DNA of 64,000 nucleotides from Takakia lepidozioides. Lineage: Eukaryota > Plantae > Bryophyta. Location of the stretch: contig CM060733.1 of assembly GCA_030704615.1 (NCBI GenBank), positions 69,192,001 to 69,256,000 on the forward strand, written 5' to 3'. Below the pieces are notes generated by a model. The model was not told the origin of the DNA. It searched no databases and worked only from the letters and a program-made list of their open reading frames with translations. This document shows positions 25,727-39,614 of the stretch, piece by piece (the stretch's first letter is position 1; the number at the start of each line of letters is the position of its first letter). The translations under genes were made by a program, and so were the position numbers.

Positions 25727-28700
25727 CAGTGTTGGTATGGTATCGCGTTTGGAGATACCAGGAGGGTCCTGGTAGTATAAGAATTTAGAGATGTCCCAAA
25801 CACGGGTATGCAATAATAATAATAAACCCGGATTTTGTTACTTGTAGGGTATCAATAATGGTAGCATTTCACTTTTGCCGACCTGGTATCAAAAAGGGTA
25901 TGAAAACCTTGATACCTGCTGATATCAACTTCGGGTAAAGTATCAAAAATTTACATTTTAGAGAGAAACACACACTGAATATTGTAGCATACATATGGAA
26001 ATTTTTGGCCTTGCATTTAGTTTGCTGTCAATTTCTTGTCCTCACCAATACCAGCATGAGCAAAGTTAAGAACCAGACGACAGGGCTAAAAAATCAACAT
26101 TGCAACGGAACCGAGGATCCCAAAATAAAAGTTAATTTGTGGTCACTCAAACACGGGCTAATTTGCAAGTGACTGGGTACGTTGGTTGGCTACTCTTGCG
26201 ATGCCTAAGTACAGTAGCTGATCTCCACCTCAAGTGATAGATGGTGGTGTGCCATGTCTTGAAACTCCGCACCTGTGAAGACAACAAAAACACCCAAGTT
26301 AGACCTCGAAGGTCAAGTGGATGCGGAGTGTAAGCATTGGTCAATATCAAACATAAACAATCAGCAGTTTAAAAATACTTATCAAATCTGTTGATGCAGC
26401 CCAAACTTCAGCACTGCAACAACTCCATGTCAGCAACCACTCCAACACCTGCAAGAAAGCAATCCTAGATTAAAACCACATACATTCAAAGCTGGAGACT
26501 CAGCCAAAATGCAGATTTTTTTTTTTTTTCAGAGTTCACAAGCCTACCCCTACTCGTCGTTCTCAAACAGCCCTGCCTCCTCAATCAGCTCCTCGTTCTC
26601 GTCAACTAGTATGTCCTCATCCTCCAAGAAGTCCTTGAACTTTCACGCTTCGACTAGCTTACAATCAACACGGGCATCACTGGGCCAATTTTTGTAAACC
26701 ATTACCAATTTGTCCAGATTATCCACCCCCAAACGACATCGTCTAAGAGCAGTCAGCACACCTGCCACGGAGAAAATTCTCTCCGTCTCAATCTGAGAAC
26801 CAGGTATTCCAAGAATTTGACGAGCCAACCACCCAACATTAGGGAACCTTGTCTCATGCTCAAACCACCATTTCATTGGATCCAGTTTCTCCTCATTGTC
26901 AACGGGAAAACGTCGGAATAAAGAAAGCTTAGCCTTCAATAAGCACTCACTGGCCTCATCAGTGGAGGTAGCCCTACCAAACAATCCATGCGAGGGTAGC
27001 TCAGGAGTGGGTGGATGCGGAGCTGTGCCACCTTTAGGGTTCAAGTGCTCAATCACAGTGGTCAATAGTGGCAGCAATACAACTGAATCATATTCTTGCA
27101 CCAGATGTTCAGCTGACATCCTACCAATGTAATCAGCAATGCATTGTAAGCCTTTGAACCGTGGATCCAACATTAAGGCTAGCATGTTATGTGCCTTGTT
27201 CTCAATGAAATATTCAGCAAATGAAAGAAATGGGCGAAGAACCTCTATGACTTGGAGGGCCATGCGAGCATAAAGCAACTCTATCTCCGCATCAAAAGAT
27301 CCATATTGTAAGCGTGGCACAAGAGCTGTCCTTACTTCCACAATCTTCCTCATCTTCGTCATGATAGCCAAGCCAGCTAAGAGGGCATCTAAGAGCAGCC
27401 AGTAACCCCTTCGCTGGTTCAGAATGCATTGGTGCACTACAGGTGTCAAAGTGTCATCCATGGCTCTGGCTATGGGCTATGTCCGCCCACTGGGAACCCT
27501 GGTTTGCAAGGCAGCAGATTGCCGTGTGTAGCAAATATTGATGGCATTAGCATACACCAACGTCTCCTGAAACATAATGACTTTCGATGCAAATCTTGTC
27601 TTGACAGGGGTCCTGAGTTTTCTCTTTGGCAAGCCTGCATCCACACAGGCCTTCTCCCACTCCAACTTGCCCTTACCACTTTTCTTCGTCCAAGTGATGG
27701 TTTTTTGCAAGGCTGCATGAGCCTCTTTCAAGCTCACCTCAATCATACCACCACTGACCTTCTCCTCATTTGTTGCGTATTGGCATGCCTTAGACATGGC
27801 ATGCCCAAAGCAAGACCCTGGATAGGGCTCTGACAGCTTCAAAGGATCACATTTCACCACTGAAGTTAGGGCAGATTGCAAAGTCGCAAGGTTAGCCCCT
27901 TCATCCTTTACATAAGCTATCACCTTGTCTGATAGCTTGAATTGAGCCAGCAGAGCTTTCACTTGGGCTGCAAGAGCAAGTCCAGATGTATCTGGAGCTT
28001 CAAAAATACCAACTGTAATATGGCATGGACACCAAACCTCGTTGATAAAGTTTACCACAAGTGCAAAGGTATCATGCCCTGATCTTGATATCCACAAGTC
28101 AAAGGAGCAAGACACGGTGGATGCAGAGGCTATGGCAGGTAAAACATATGTGTCCATCGTTTTCTTGAACAAAGCAGGTAGATGGTCTTTCACAAGCTGT
28201 TTTCTGCTAGGGAATACAACCTGACCACACTGTCTCATGATTAATCTGCGGAGCTAGGGATTCTCAACAACTGACAGGGGCATGTACCCTTTACAGACCA
28301 GAAGCACCAGATCTTCAATGAACCTCAGCTGGGCAGGATTATCTTTCCTATATGGCCTACAACTGCCAAAGAACGAAGTGATAGCACTCGGAGGCACAGA
28401 CTGTCGTTTTTTGGTTTTCTGACGTTTATTGCTACCTTGATATACAACAGCTTGCCTATGGGCTTTGTATTTTGCAAGATCAGATCCATGCTCATTAGAG
28501 ACATGTTTCTTCATTGCAGTTATACCATGATCTGGATTGTAGTTTACAAAGCCTTTTCTGGTTCTGGTTGAGTTACTAGAGCTGTGAGCATTCTCCACTG
28601 AATGACACATAATGCACCTCATCAATTGTGTCTCATTCATCTCTACCTTAGCACTTGCATCGTTCAGGACAAAAAACGCCCAACACTCAGAACCTCTATG

Positions 28701-29368
28701 ATATGGGAGCCAAAATCCCTGATTGGCGACCAAAACTTGCAAGCACTGACACCACAGAGCCTCCTCCTCAGCAATTCGGTCCTCTTCCGCCTGATCACCA
28801 ACTTGCAGGACCTCCTCGCTTGTCACGCCTGTCTCCAAGTCCTCTACATCCTCCCCAGTAGATAGCAACAATGTTTCGGTCTCACTGATCTCTAACGCAT
28901 TGAAGAAATCACAAAGTTGATGTGAATCCCATAAAACAAGCATTCAACACTCAACCGCATGTAACGAGCAACAAATGGGCAAGAGGCTCAAAGCAATACC
29001 TAAATCGGCCTCCTTGCTTGATGCTGCATTGAAAGCCAACAAACCACCTTCATTGCGATCCCTTCCGCAGCCAAAACCAAAGCAAGAATCTCACAAAAGC
29101 TACCGCCATCTCTAGGCTACGCACATTGATACCTGAACGGCGATACCACCAACCGAGTTCCAGCGAAAAAAAACAAGTAACAACATCAACAAAGGTGAGC
29201 CGAGACCAGTCGGCTAGGGTATCGGCCTCCCCGAAATCCTAATCATACCCTACATGTAGGTTACTCTACGCATTTCCTTTCTATCTGGAACTGGCTGGTA
29301 GGGGCTTCCATACCCGGGTGCATAACCGGGTTGATACCCGTATTTTTGTACATACCAGACCAACACTG
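25727..29368 (-). mobile_element. hAT DNA transposon, full length, decayed
   Basis: TIRs CAGTGTTGGT(A/C)TGGTAT at 25727 and 29368; 8-bp TSD GTAATTAT at 25719-25726 and 29369-29376. Confidence 0.95.
26570..28870 (-). pseudogene. hAT transposase
   Basis: BED-like RCIMCH..AMKKHV..H; SFDLW; CFGHAMS; KTRF; LDPRFK; hATC dimerisation region WW..FPNV..LA..ILGIPGSQIETERIFS. In-frame stops at 28254 and 27477. Confidence 0.92.
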
Positions 29369-29502
29369 GTAATTATCTGTGATAACATGTGTACCTCTTT
29401 ACACATTGCTCCTGGAAAGAGCATTTGCTACCTAAATTATTTTGTTGCTTTCCCCACAGTTGTGCCTGTGAAGCCTTAAAACAAGATGGGAGAATAATCT
29501 CA

Positions 29503-32500
29503 TGTCCTCTCAAGTATAGAACAAAACGACAAGGGCCGAGCAAGGAGGAGCGTGCATTCACGCGAGAGGAGGATCTCAACAAGCGAACTGAAATAAAATC
29601 ATATACACTGACAGAAAATCATACACACGTATCGCAATTAGATAGCTTTACACATCTACATACACCAGAGTACATGAGTTGCCTGACATAAGGTCAGGCC
29701 GCCGCTTTATACAAACCCTAGCAGCATATCTTCACACCGCATGGCGAGGCGTGACAGGCTGAGCCTGCGATGCCTTATCATATCCCTAGATCTATTGAAC
29801 GGCCAAGATGCAGCCACAAGCCATAACTAACCCTGGCTAGGGTATGATTGTAACGGCTTTTAACGGTACTTACGCCAAAAGAATATACTACGAATGAGTA
29901 TCGCCGCTTTGGATGAATAAGGAGATTTCTAGATGAGGAGAGATCTGGCCATTACATCTGTGAAGCCTACCCCCCCACGAAAAATCCTTAGCGCCGCGAA
30001 GTAAAATATAAGAAAATAAGTAAAAAAATTATACAATCACCCTCCACTGCTGGGTGAAAAACCTACCAAGGAAAAACCTGACACCTGCAAATTGGGCCGA
30101 GGACAAAACCCTTGGCTAGGAAAACCGTGCAGGGAGTACAAGTGGTGATATATCATAAGACAACAAATGTTTTAAGTCCTAGAATGGGCAAGCCATAAGG
30201 CCCCGAAAGACACAATCCGCAATCTAAGACTAAGCCACTGAAGACAATAGGATCAAGCTAAAGTAGATCGGCTAAGAAGATCAAGACATCACCCCACCGT
30301 TCATCCCTCCACATTGATGCACGTGAGATCGAAGACTAGCTCGGAATGTACCAAATCCGTCAAAGCAACCGGTTCATCCCGCACTTCAGTATGGACCCCT
30401 GTGGAAGAAGGAGAGCACGTCGCCCACGTAAAATCTAATAGATCAAGTATGGACTGTCGATCTTGAGCTTGGATTGCATGCATACTTACCATGCTGTAAT
30501 CGAACGTACACGGTCTGTCCCACCTGAAACAGGTTAGAATACTTGACACGCTTGTTAAAATTGCGGGCCTGGGTTAGCTGAGTCTTACCAATGTTCGTGT
30601 TGGCATCATGGATAGACACCGCATGCCGAGCATGAAGATCCTCAACGAAGGTATCAAGATCAACCGGATTAGCAACAGTAGAGATAAGAGGGGTAGAATA
30701 CAAAGGAGAAACACACTTGCGACCATACAACAACTCAAAATGTGTCTTCTTGGTGCTAGCATGCACGGTGGTGCGATAAGCAAAGAGAATAGGGGGAAGA
30801 AATGTATCCCACTCCTTGGTAAGTGCACCATTCTTCTCCAACATTCGGCAAAGAGTTTGGTTGAAGCGTTCCGTAAGGCCATTGGTCTAGGGATGGTATG
30901 GGGCTGTGGTAGAATGCTTGACACCAAAGTTGAAGCACACCACCGTGAGGAGCTGGTTACAAACTCCTTGCCCTGATCCGTTAGTATCTCCCGAGGACAC
31001 CCATGCCGCATAAGGATCTCATTGAAGAAGAACTGAGCTACAACATCACTAGTCTTGGTACGCAAAGGCCGGACTTCTATCCACTTAATCAAGTAGTCGG
31101 TAGCTACACAAAGATAGCTTCGACCCTTTGATGTGAGTGCGAGGGGTCCTACCAAATCAATGCCAACACGAGCAAAGGCATGTGTAACAGGCAAAGGCTG
31201 CAGCTCATACAAGATCCGGGCCCTAGGGAGAGCAATGTTAGCACGACAACCTTCACACTTAGAGATGAACTCCGTGACATCCCGATGAATTCCCAGCCAA
31301 TAGTAAACCTCTTGGATGCAGGCCACGGTTTTCTTGATACTAAGGTGACTTGCATACAAGGAACAATAGAAACGCTCCAATAAAGCATTCAGTTGGCTCC
31401 ATGGTAGCACCTCCAAATAGCATGGCACTCCCCCTCTAGTGAGCTCCTTGAAAAGATTATTACCCTTGAAACGGTGAATAGACACATGATAGAGAATTTG
31501 CTTACGCAAGGATTCGGAAAGGCCGGCTGGCGAACGCCCTGATTGGCATCGCTGGAGTAGCGCAGCATGTAGTTGATCATCCATGACTGCACTGCACATA
31601 AGAGGTAGACAATGGGCTTTAGAGAAGGTGGTCTGGAGTGCCTGCGCCTATGATCTCCAGCCAGGGATACCTTCACCTCATTTGTTACTACTCATGGACA
31701 ACCAAATCAGGCCTTGAGGTTCAAGCCAATAGTCACACCAGAGTGTAGCAGCTGAATCACAACAAACTCGGGGGCCTAGGAAGGAGAAGAGCTGGAACAC
31801 AACAAGGAACTTCCACCAAACCATCCAAATTCTCTCTAAGCGATAAATCCACCACACATGAAGAAATCAACCAGGATCATCAAGAAGGCTAGACCAGCCC
31901 CAAACAGCCAATATGCCATTTGAATCTAAGGCCAAGGGGTGTTGATCTGCACAAAGAAGGTTGAGAAGATGAGCTGGATCAGGAGGAGGGGCTACATCAG
32001 CAGCAGCAAGGTCATCCAAGGTGAGCATAGGTCTGCTGATAGGAGGATCAAACCCGTGTAAGCGGATCAGCATTTGTGTTTTCCTTGCCCTTCTTGTAGA
32101 CTATATCCATGTCAAATTCTTGTAGGTACATAGCCCATCTAGCAAGTCTGCCATGAAGTTCCCTTGGCTTAACAAAGATCCTGAAGTGGAAGGTGATCAG
32201 TTTCCACTACAAACCGGCTACCATGTAAATATTGCCTGAAATGCTTCACACCAAAGACCAGGGCTAGACCCTCATTATCAGATATGGAATAATTCCTTTC
32301 ATGACGATCTAAACGGCGAGATGCATAAGCTATCACATGCTCCTTGTCTTCTACAACTTGACATAAGATTGCAGAAATGGCAACATCTGATGCATTAGTC
32401 TGAAGCAAGAAAGGTAATTCAAAATTGGGAAACATCAGGATGGGAGCAAAACACAAAGCCTTGCGAAGGGTGTCAAAGGCAGCTTGCTGGGAGAAGGTCC

Positions 32501-35500
32501 ATTCAAACCTGCCATCTTTGCACAACACCTTGGTCAGAGGGTGGGCAAGCTTGGCAAAGTTCTTTAAGAAGTGCCTATAATAAGAAGCCAGACCAAGGAA
32601 GGATTTGATACAATGTTTATCCCTGGGGATATGAAAGCCCTAAACAGACTCAAGCTTGGCAGGATCAAGAAGCAAACCATCTTTGGACATGATATGACCA
32701 AGCAAGTGCAGCTCAGGCATGAACAACTCGCACTTCTTTGGCTTTACCTTGAGTCATGCAGTGCGTAATTTGCTAAAAATACGTTACAAATCAGTCAAGT
32801 GAGCATCAAAACTGGGTGAGTATACATTGATATCATCGACATAAATTAAGGCACACTCCCAGCGAAGATTGTCCAAGACAATGTCCATGAGGCGTTGGAA
32901 TGTAGAGGTGACATTGCACAAATCAAAGGGCATGGTATCATATTGGTATTTGCCCATGCGACATACAAAAGATGTATTTTCCTTGGCTGCTTCAGTGAAA
33001 GGAACTTGCCAAAAACCAGATGCAAGATCAAGAGAGAAGAAAATTGTAGTACCATGCAATTGATCCAAGGTCTCATTGATCTTGGGTAGTGGGTAGGCAT
33101 CCTTCTTAGTGATGTCATTCAGTTCCTGAAGTCAACACAAAAGCGGCTAGTACCATCTTTCTTGGACTGGCCCAAGGAGAAACTGATGGCTTAATCGCAC
33201 CAGCATCTGGCATTTTCTAGACTTCTTCTTGGACTATAGCACGCTCCTTGACACTCTCTCGGTATGCAAATTGCTTAATAAGAGGTCCGTCAGTAACAAT
33301 GTCATGTTGAAGGATGGGAGTACGCCCTAGATCAGCAGATCCTAAGCTGAAGACATCTAGATTCTTGGCAATAAGCATCTCCACTCTTCTCTTTTGGCCT
33401 GAGGAGATGGTGGTGCCTAATTTGATTTCAGACAACACTTTGGTGAGGGCAGCCTTATCTTTAGGACTGAGATCAGAGACAGGTGGTGGTGCAATTGCAG
33501 CAAAAGCAGCTACAACATCCAAGGGCCCATGTTGTATGCCAATGGCTTCTAGCCCAAAGCCAGCTTGCACTTCTTGTATTTCAGCAATGGGTAAAGCAGT
33601 GATGCAAGCCAGGACCTATCCCTTCTTAATAGTCACAGGAAAGCGCTCTGGATTAGAATTAAAATCTTGACTTCCTGCCTATATCCTCTATCTATGACAC
33701 CAGTAGCCACCAAACAATGCTTGAGAGCAGTAAGTCTTCTCCAGCCTTCTACTTCCAGGAAATGAGCAGCTGGGCACGAAAATGCTAGACCAGATTTGAC
33801 CACTTTCTGGGTCATAGCAGGGATTGTGACATTCATGGGTGCACGAATCAGAGTAGAATTCTTTGGAATAGCTATGGGCACCCCTGTTCTACCATCAGTA
33901 CTAGGAACATGCCATTGATACAGGAATTGAAGATCAGGCTGGAATTTGTAAAAATCATGTTAATTGAGGTTGGAGTGAGAGTTCTGTTGTACCTCTTTCA
34001 CCATTGCCTGTACTCGGGATAGATTGGTTGTGGCAAATCCAGCTCTAAGCTTCACGGCTTTCAAAGGAACAACGACCTCATGGCCCTCTCCATTGTTAAA
34101 TCGGAGGGAGTAATCGGCGAGACTGATGGTGCACCAACCAGGCACCAACCCCAGTCATCCAGTCAAGACCTAGTAAAAATTGATCTCCAATGGTAACTAT
34201 GCAGGTGACCACAACCTCTTTCTTGTGAATTCGGATCACAACATTTAGAGTTATGGTAGATATGGTGCATCCCGTGTCTATTACACAAGGGAAACTTAAT
34301 TCGTGAATATGGCATTGGGCCATGAGAGGGCTGATCTGCTGCCCAGATGTCTGTCTGCTTAGAGGACAATGCAAAGCTCTGAAATTAGTAGATAGCACAG
34401 CTTGCAAAGGAATAAGAGAGGTAGGGTTGGTGACTGATGGACCTCTTGCCCCCTTCCCAAGAGGTCTGTCTAGTTTAAAGGAGGGTTGGAACCACTGGCA
34501 GCCTTTTTTGTTTTTGAGCAGCTCCGGCAATCATGCTCTATCAGGGCAATGTTTGGTCCAGTGCTCAAAAGACCCATAGATGTAACATGCGGCACGGTTG
34601 CCTTCATAGGCCTGACCAGTTTGGGTACGACCTCTGTTGCTACCACCCGTCTGTGCTTGTGGCTGTCTAGGCTGCCAACGTTGCTGATGAGCTTGCATGG
34701 CAGCAAAGTGAGTAGCTACTGATTCACTTAAACTACCCACAGTGTGGGCTAGCCCTTGAAGAGTGAAATTAGCTGGCTTGCATTGCATAGCAGGCGGGAC
34801 ATAGGGTGAAGATGTTGCAGCCATGCCAAGCTCGGAGCCCACTGGAGCTTGAAACTTGGCATGAGTTTGCATTGATTTGCTGTCAGCTAAGTCTGCCATC
34901 TTAAGATTAATTTCTGCTAGCATAGTTTTGTCATTAACAAAATGACGACGTTGGGCCCAATTTTGAATAACAGGGGGCAAGCCAAGGAGAAAGTAGGTCT
35001 TGACCATACGATCACGTTCGGCTAGATCAATGAAATTTTCTGCAGCAGCAAATTTTAGATCCATGTAATACTTCCACAAGGACTCTCCTGGCTGGTAAGT
35101 CCTGGACCTCAATTTGGTGAAGCAGTCCAATGGTCGTTCAAGAGGCTTGAACAGTGTTTTAGCCCATTCCACAAGGGATGCCCAAGTGAGATGGGGGTCA
35201 TCCATGACAGCTACATGCAACAAGTCACAGGCTGGTCCCTTTATGCTCATTCTAAAGATTTCCATTTTAAAATTCTCAGGCACACCATTCACATTAGCAA
35301 TCACTTCAAATATTTGGAGATATCTAGCAAAGTCCTCTCCCATGGTGTATTCGGGATAGGGCTAGGTAGTGAGCTGAGGAAGCAAATGACAGGGCAAACT
35401 ATGATTCATATGACTAGGCTGAGCAGATCCATTGGCCGGGCAGCAGTGAGCCATGGCCTGAGTTTGATTAGTGGTATTATTCATAGTATGGACCCCACTA

Positions 35501-35550
35501 GCAACCGGGACATAGTTGTTACTCATAACATTAGAGGGACATTAGAGGCC
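29503..35550 (-). mobile_element. Decayed Ty3/gypsy LTR retrotransposon (gag-PR-dUTPase-like-RT-RH-IN, 3' LTR only)
   Basis: gag 35343-34531 with degenerate CCHC knuckle; PR CVIDTG ~34300; RT LDLASGFWQV/MPFDL/YVDD; RH LQTNASD..AYASR; IN H..H..C..C and GIDLVGP..TDQG. Purine tract then TGTAA at 29956 marks the 3' LTR start; its far end (~29503) is uncertain and no 5' LTR is seen. Confidence 0.88.
33590..33850 (-). pseudogene. dUTPase-like domain inside gypsy pol, between protease and RT
   Basis: APMNVTIPAMTQKVVKSGLAFSCP...VATGVIDRGYRQEVKIL...IKKG aligns to trimeric dUTPase motif III (GVIDxDYRGE) and flanking strands; motifs I, II and V are not recognisable. Confidence 0.7.
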
Positions 35551-36850
35551 CCTTGATGAGCAAGGAGGTCTGCCGCTTCGTTGCCGACAATACCAGTATG
35601 TCATCAGACTTTGATAAGATACAGGTGACACCACATCCACTCCCAAATAACTTGCTCGACTGGCATCCCAACACTTTCTCTCCCTTTTCAGAACTGACCT
35701 GCATAGCTCTGAACCCAACCCCCATCAGCTGGCATGTCTGTAGAAAACTCTAATTATCCTCTCCCAAGACTCTACCTCGTGTCTGGAGGGTGACCTCACC
35801 GTCATAGAATTGGGAGACGCTCTGGCCAAGATGCACAATGGAAAATCACCAGGTCTAGATGGCATAACTGTGGAATTTTATAGCTTAGTTGGATGGATAT
35901 CTCCGAGGACTTCTGTGCCATGGCAAATCACATTTACTCTCAGCAATGTATGCCCCAATCGATGGCCCAAGGGGCAATTACCTTGTTGTACAAAAAGGGT
36001 GACAGAACAAGTATCTCCAACTATAGACCAATCACGCCTTTGAATGTAGCTTACAAGATTATACCTAAAGCATTAGCCCTACGTTTGCAACCTTTTCTCC
36101 CAACCCTAATGAGACCAAGCCAAATAAGGTTTCATCAAGGCCGTCACATTCTGGATAACTTGCTACTAGCACAAGAGATTCCTGAATTTTCCAGTCATTC
36201 CAATCAAGCCATAGCTATGCTTATTCTAGATTTCGACAAGCCATTTGACAGGGTAGAATGGTCCTTCCTCTTGAGGGCCATCTCCAAAATTGGCCTCCCA
36301 CAATCCTTCTGCAACTAGGTTAAAATCCTCTTGTTCAATTCGACCAACAAGGTCATCGTTAATGGTCAACTCTCTTCTCAATTTCCCTTGCAACGATCTG
36401 TGAGACAAGGCAGTCCCTTATCTCCATTTCTCTTTCTGATAGCGGGGACTCCTTAGGCTCCATGCTACACGACAACACAGATATAGTTGGCCTCCAAGTC
36501 ACTAACTATATAACCCAGCAACCAAAATACCTAAAAGATTCCATGTTTGTGGACAACACGTTTCTTATGCTCCAAGCATCTCCCGCAAACCTTCAAAATG
36601 CGACTGACACTCTTAACAGCTTAGATTGCCAGGCCTCGGGGTTCAAGGTTAACTGGAGTAAAACCTACGCAGTGCTTATAGGGGATTTTACTTACTCTTC
36701 CCTTGGAATCAATCCGGTTTGGGGAACTCACCTGGGCCTAAGGTGGTTGCAGCCTGGTCAAATGACAACCCTCCTGGGTTACATCTTCGGGCTGGGTCTT
36801 ACAGACCAACAGAAGTTTCAGCCAACCCTAGACGGGGGTTGAAAATCCAC
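35550..36850 (+). mobile_element. L1/Tx1-clade LINE ORF2 reverse transcriptase fragment
   Basis: GKSPGLDG..EFY; LLYKKGD..NYRPIT; LDFDKPFDRVEW; RQGSPLSPFLF; FVDNT (FADDT-like). Frameshifts and stops. Confidence 0.9.
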
Positions 36851-37339
36851 ATGAGCAGTGAGTAGTGAGCAGATTGCTGAACCACCTCCAAACCTATCTC
36901 TAGGTTCAGGGTAGGTTCGGGTTTAGGGATTCCGACTTTGGATTCAAGAGATTGTAGATGTAATACAAATCCATGACATTGACCTAAATAAATAAATAAA
37001 AAATTAGTGGATAACTACATTAAGTACTTATTACAACGCATATAACCACAGACTTGAAACGCCTCAAAGGGTTAAGGTTCGGCGCCGAACCTGACTTGAC
37101 ATGTGCAAAGCTAAAAAAAATAAAATTGAAATTGAAACGTAAGTGCCCGCACTGTTCGGCGCCGAACAGTGTTGTAGGCTCGGTAGTGGTCCGAACCTTA
37201 CCTGAATGGATTGTAGCTGTGGCCACTGTAGCCACTGAGGACTGGGACGTTTCCAGTAAACAGAATTTCTCAAGTCAGCGGCTGGCAAATCAAGAATAGC
37301 AACATGACATGTGTCAGATTGAGGGCTGGAGGCAAGGCA

Positions 37340-37950
37340 AGGCTGCAACCAGACCAGCCTTCAACCTCCATTGGAGGCTCCACAAAGCCTAATTGGAGAG
37401 AGCAATCAGCAGCTGGTACCGTGCTGAGGCAAGACCTGGATATATCAGGATGGGACCAGCCCTCAACTTCCATTGAGAGCCTAATTGGATAGAGCAAACA
37501 ACAGCTGGTACGGTGCGGCGGCAAAGACCACATATATCTGGATGGGACCAGCCTTCAACCTCCATTGGAGGCTCCAGAGAGCCTAATTGGAGAGAGCAAT
37601 CAGCAGCTGGTAGTGTGCGGAGGCAAGGCCTGGATATATCTGGATGGGACCAGCCCTCAACTTCCATTGGAGGCTCCACAGAGCCTAATTGGATAGAGCA
37701 AGGAGCAGCTGATACGGTGCGATGGCAGGTTTAGATGTATCTGGATGGGACCAGCCTTCAACCTTCATTGGAGGCTCCAGAGCAATCAGTAGCTGGTAGT
37801 GTGTGGAGACAAGGCTTGATATATCTGGATGGGACCAGCCCTCAACTTCCATTGGAGGCTCCACAGAGACTAATTGGATAGAGCAAGCTGCAGCAACTGG
37901 TACCGTGCGGAGGCAAGGCCTGGATATATCTGGATGGGACCAACCCTCAA
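37340..37950. repeat. Minisatellite, ~84-103-bp unit, ~6.5 copies
   Basis: GGATATATCTGGATGGGACCAGCC(C/T)TCAAC(C/T)TCCATTGGAGGCTCCA..GCTGGTA recurs (GACCA at ~37352, 37455, 37546, 37648, 37749, 37833, 37938). Confidence 0.92.
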
Positions 37951-39614
37951 GGCTATCCAAATTCAAGGCATACCACGATTTGTTTCTTGCCTTGAGTTCC
38001 TTGAGTTCTTGTCATCCAATTTTGTTCATTGTGAAAAAAAAATCCTCTCATGGGTGAACGGCTATTGCGCCCATTGAACGGATGTCGTTCAAGCTCATTT
38101 TCTACCCGCATGTGCTTCAATATGTGTGCAACACATGTGCAGAGATTCAACAAGGGGGAAAAAAAAAAAAAAAAAAAAAAAACCATTTGCCTTCCCAACG
38201 ATGCACTCATCCTTGAACCAATTTTGAATCGAATTTAAATGAATTTAAAGTAAATAATTGGATTTAGAATATCTATGATTGCAGATTTTTGCTACATAAT
38301 GATTTTATTTTTGGCTCAATTTTGTTCTATGAATTCAACCCCCACACCACTACATCCATGCAAAAAATTGAACAAAAGAAAATGAGAAAAAAAACAAGTG
38401 TTTTCTTAGCTCACTATTGCAGAACTCTCTATGAAGAGTGCATGAACTTTGGAGTGCAAATAAAGGAAGAGAATATGGATTTGGGTCCAAATGACTTTTG
38501 TTCACTCCCAAATTTTGCACGCACATTGCATATGGTGTCATTACGCATATGGTTGAATAATGGAATTAAAAAAAAATCATGTGCAGGCGAAACGCAGTTT
38601 TCCATCCCTACAACACGTAGATGCGTTCAACATTTGAATGACCCATTGAATGAACTTTGTTCTAGCTCATCTTTGGCAGGAAGCGCTTCAAATCCTCCAC
38701 CAACAGCACGTGATGTTCAACGTGACGCACGAGAAGAACTCCGCTTCAGAGGAAGCCATCTTCCTTCCTAGCGTACGTTTGTACCTTGCTATCGCAGATC
38801 TAGTGTAAATCGGTTTACTGCTGTCTCCAGAACACAGTTGAAGAATGAGCAGAGAATATGGCGGAGGAAGCTCAGATAACGACTGTGCATATTATGTTAT
38901 TCTTTCCAGATATGCAGCCGTCCATTTTAATTACTTTTCTTGTGGGCCCAGTGGTCAGAGTATCCCTAGGTGCAGTGTCGGCAAGTGTAAAACCGTTAAC
39001 CAGAACCTCATCAATAAACCCAACAACAAAGCCGACTTCCTGGAAGCATGCCACAGGATCTGAGAATGGGATTGCAGATTAAGTAAATGTATCTTTATAC
39101 TACTACCAATGTTCATGCGCACCTGGAAAGTTCAAAATGTGAAACGAACGTGGGGTTGGTTAACAAGGATGACCGTGTATAATATCCCAAAATTTGTCAT
39201 CAAACTCTCGTTCATTTACATATATTTGTCTAAGACTGTGCGCCAAGATTTCTTGGATTCGCTGTTATTTTTAAATATTGAAACCGTTCTAATAAAGAAC
39301 ACGCCGTTTTTTTTGGGCGACACACGTCAGACATCCATAACTGAATACGAACAGCTGTACACCAATTGCTGGCATGTGCACTAATAAGGGAACAACTATG
39401 TGTAACGGTCACGCGGGAGGGAATCCGATGCTTCTAGAGACACGCAAGAACGCAGGCAATCACGCAAGAAATCGGGAGTCACTGCGTTTTTCTGCTTTTC
39501 GCGCTTAGAGGGAGAGTGGTAGTCAAGCTGGAGAGGGTTCCTTCTAGAATACGAAAGAGAAGAAAGTCTCTTTATTTTACTTCCCTTAGAGAGAGATGCA
39601 GAGCAAGAGAGAAA

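Noticed and set aside
36895-37200. GGTTCGGCGCCGAACC palindromes resembling the 146-bp repeat core
   Set aside because: Only two short copies in a CCGAAC-type MITE-like context; a link to the MTase element is unsupported.
37270-38057. ORFs with repeated EPPMEVEGWSHPDIS / ISGWDQPSTSIGG
   Set aside because: Minisatellite translations with frequent frame changes; no coding evidence.
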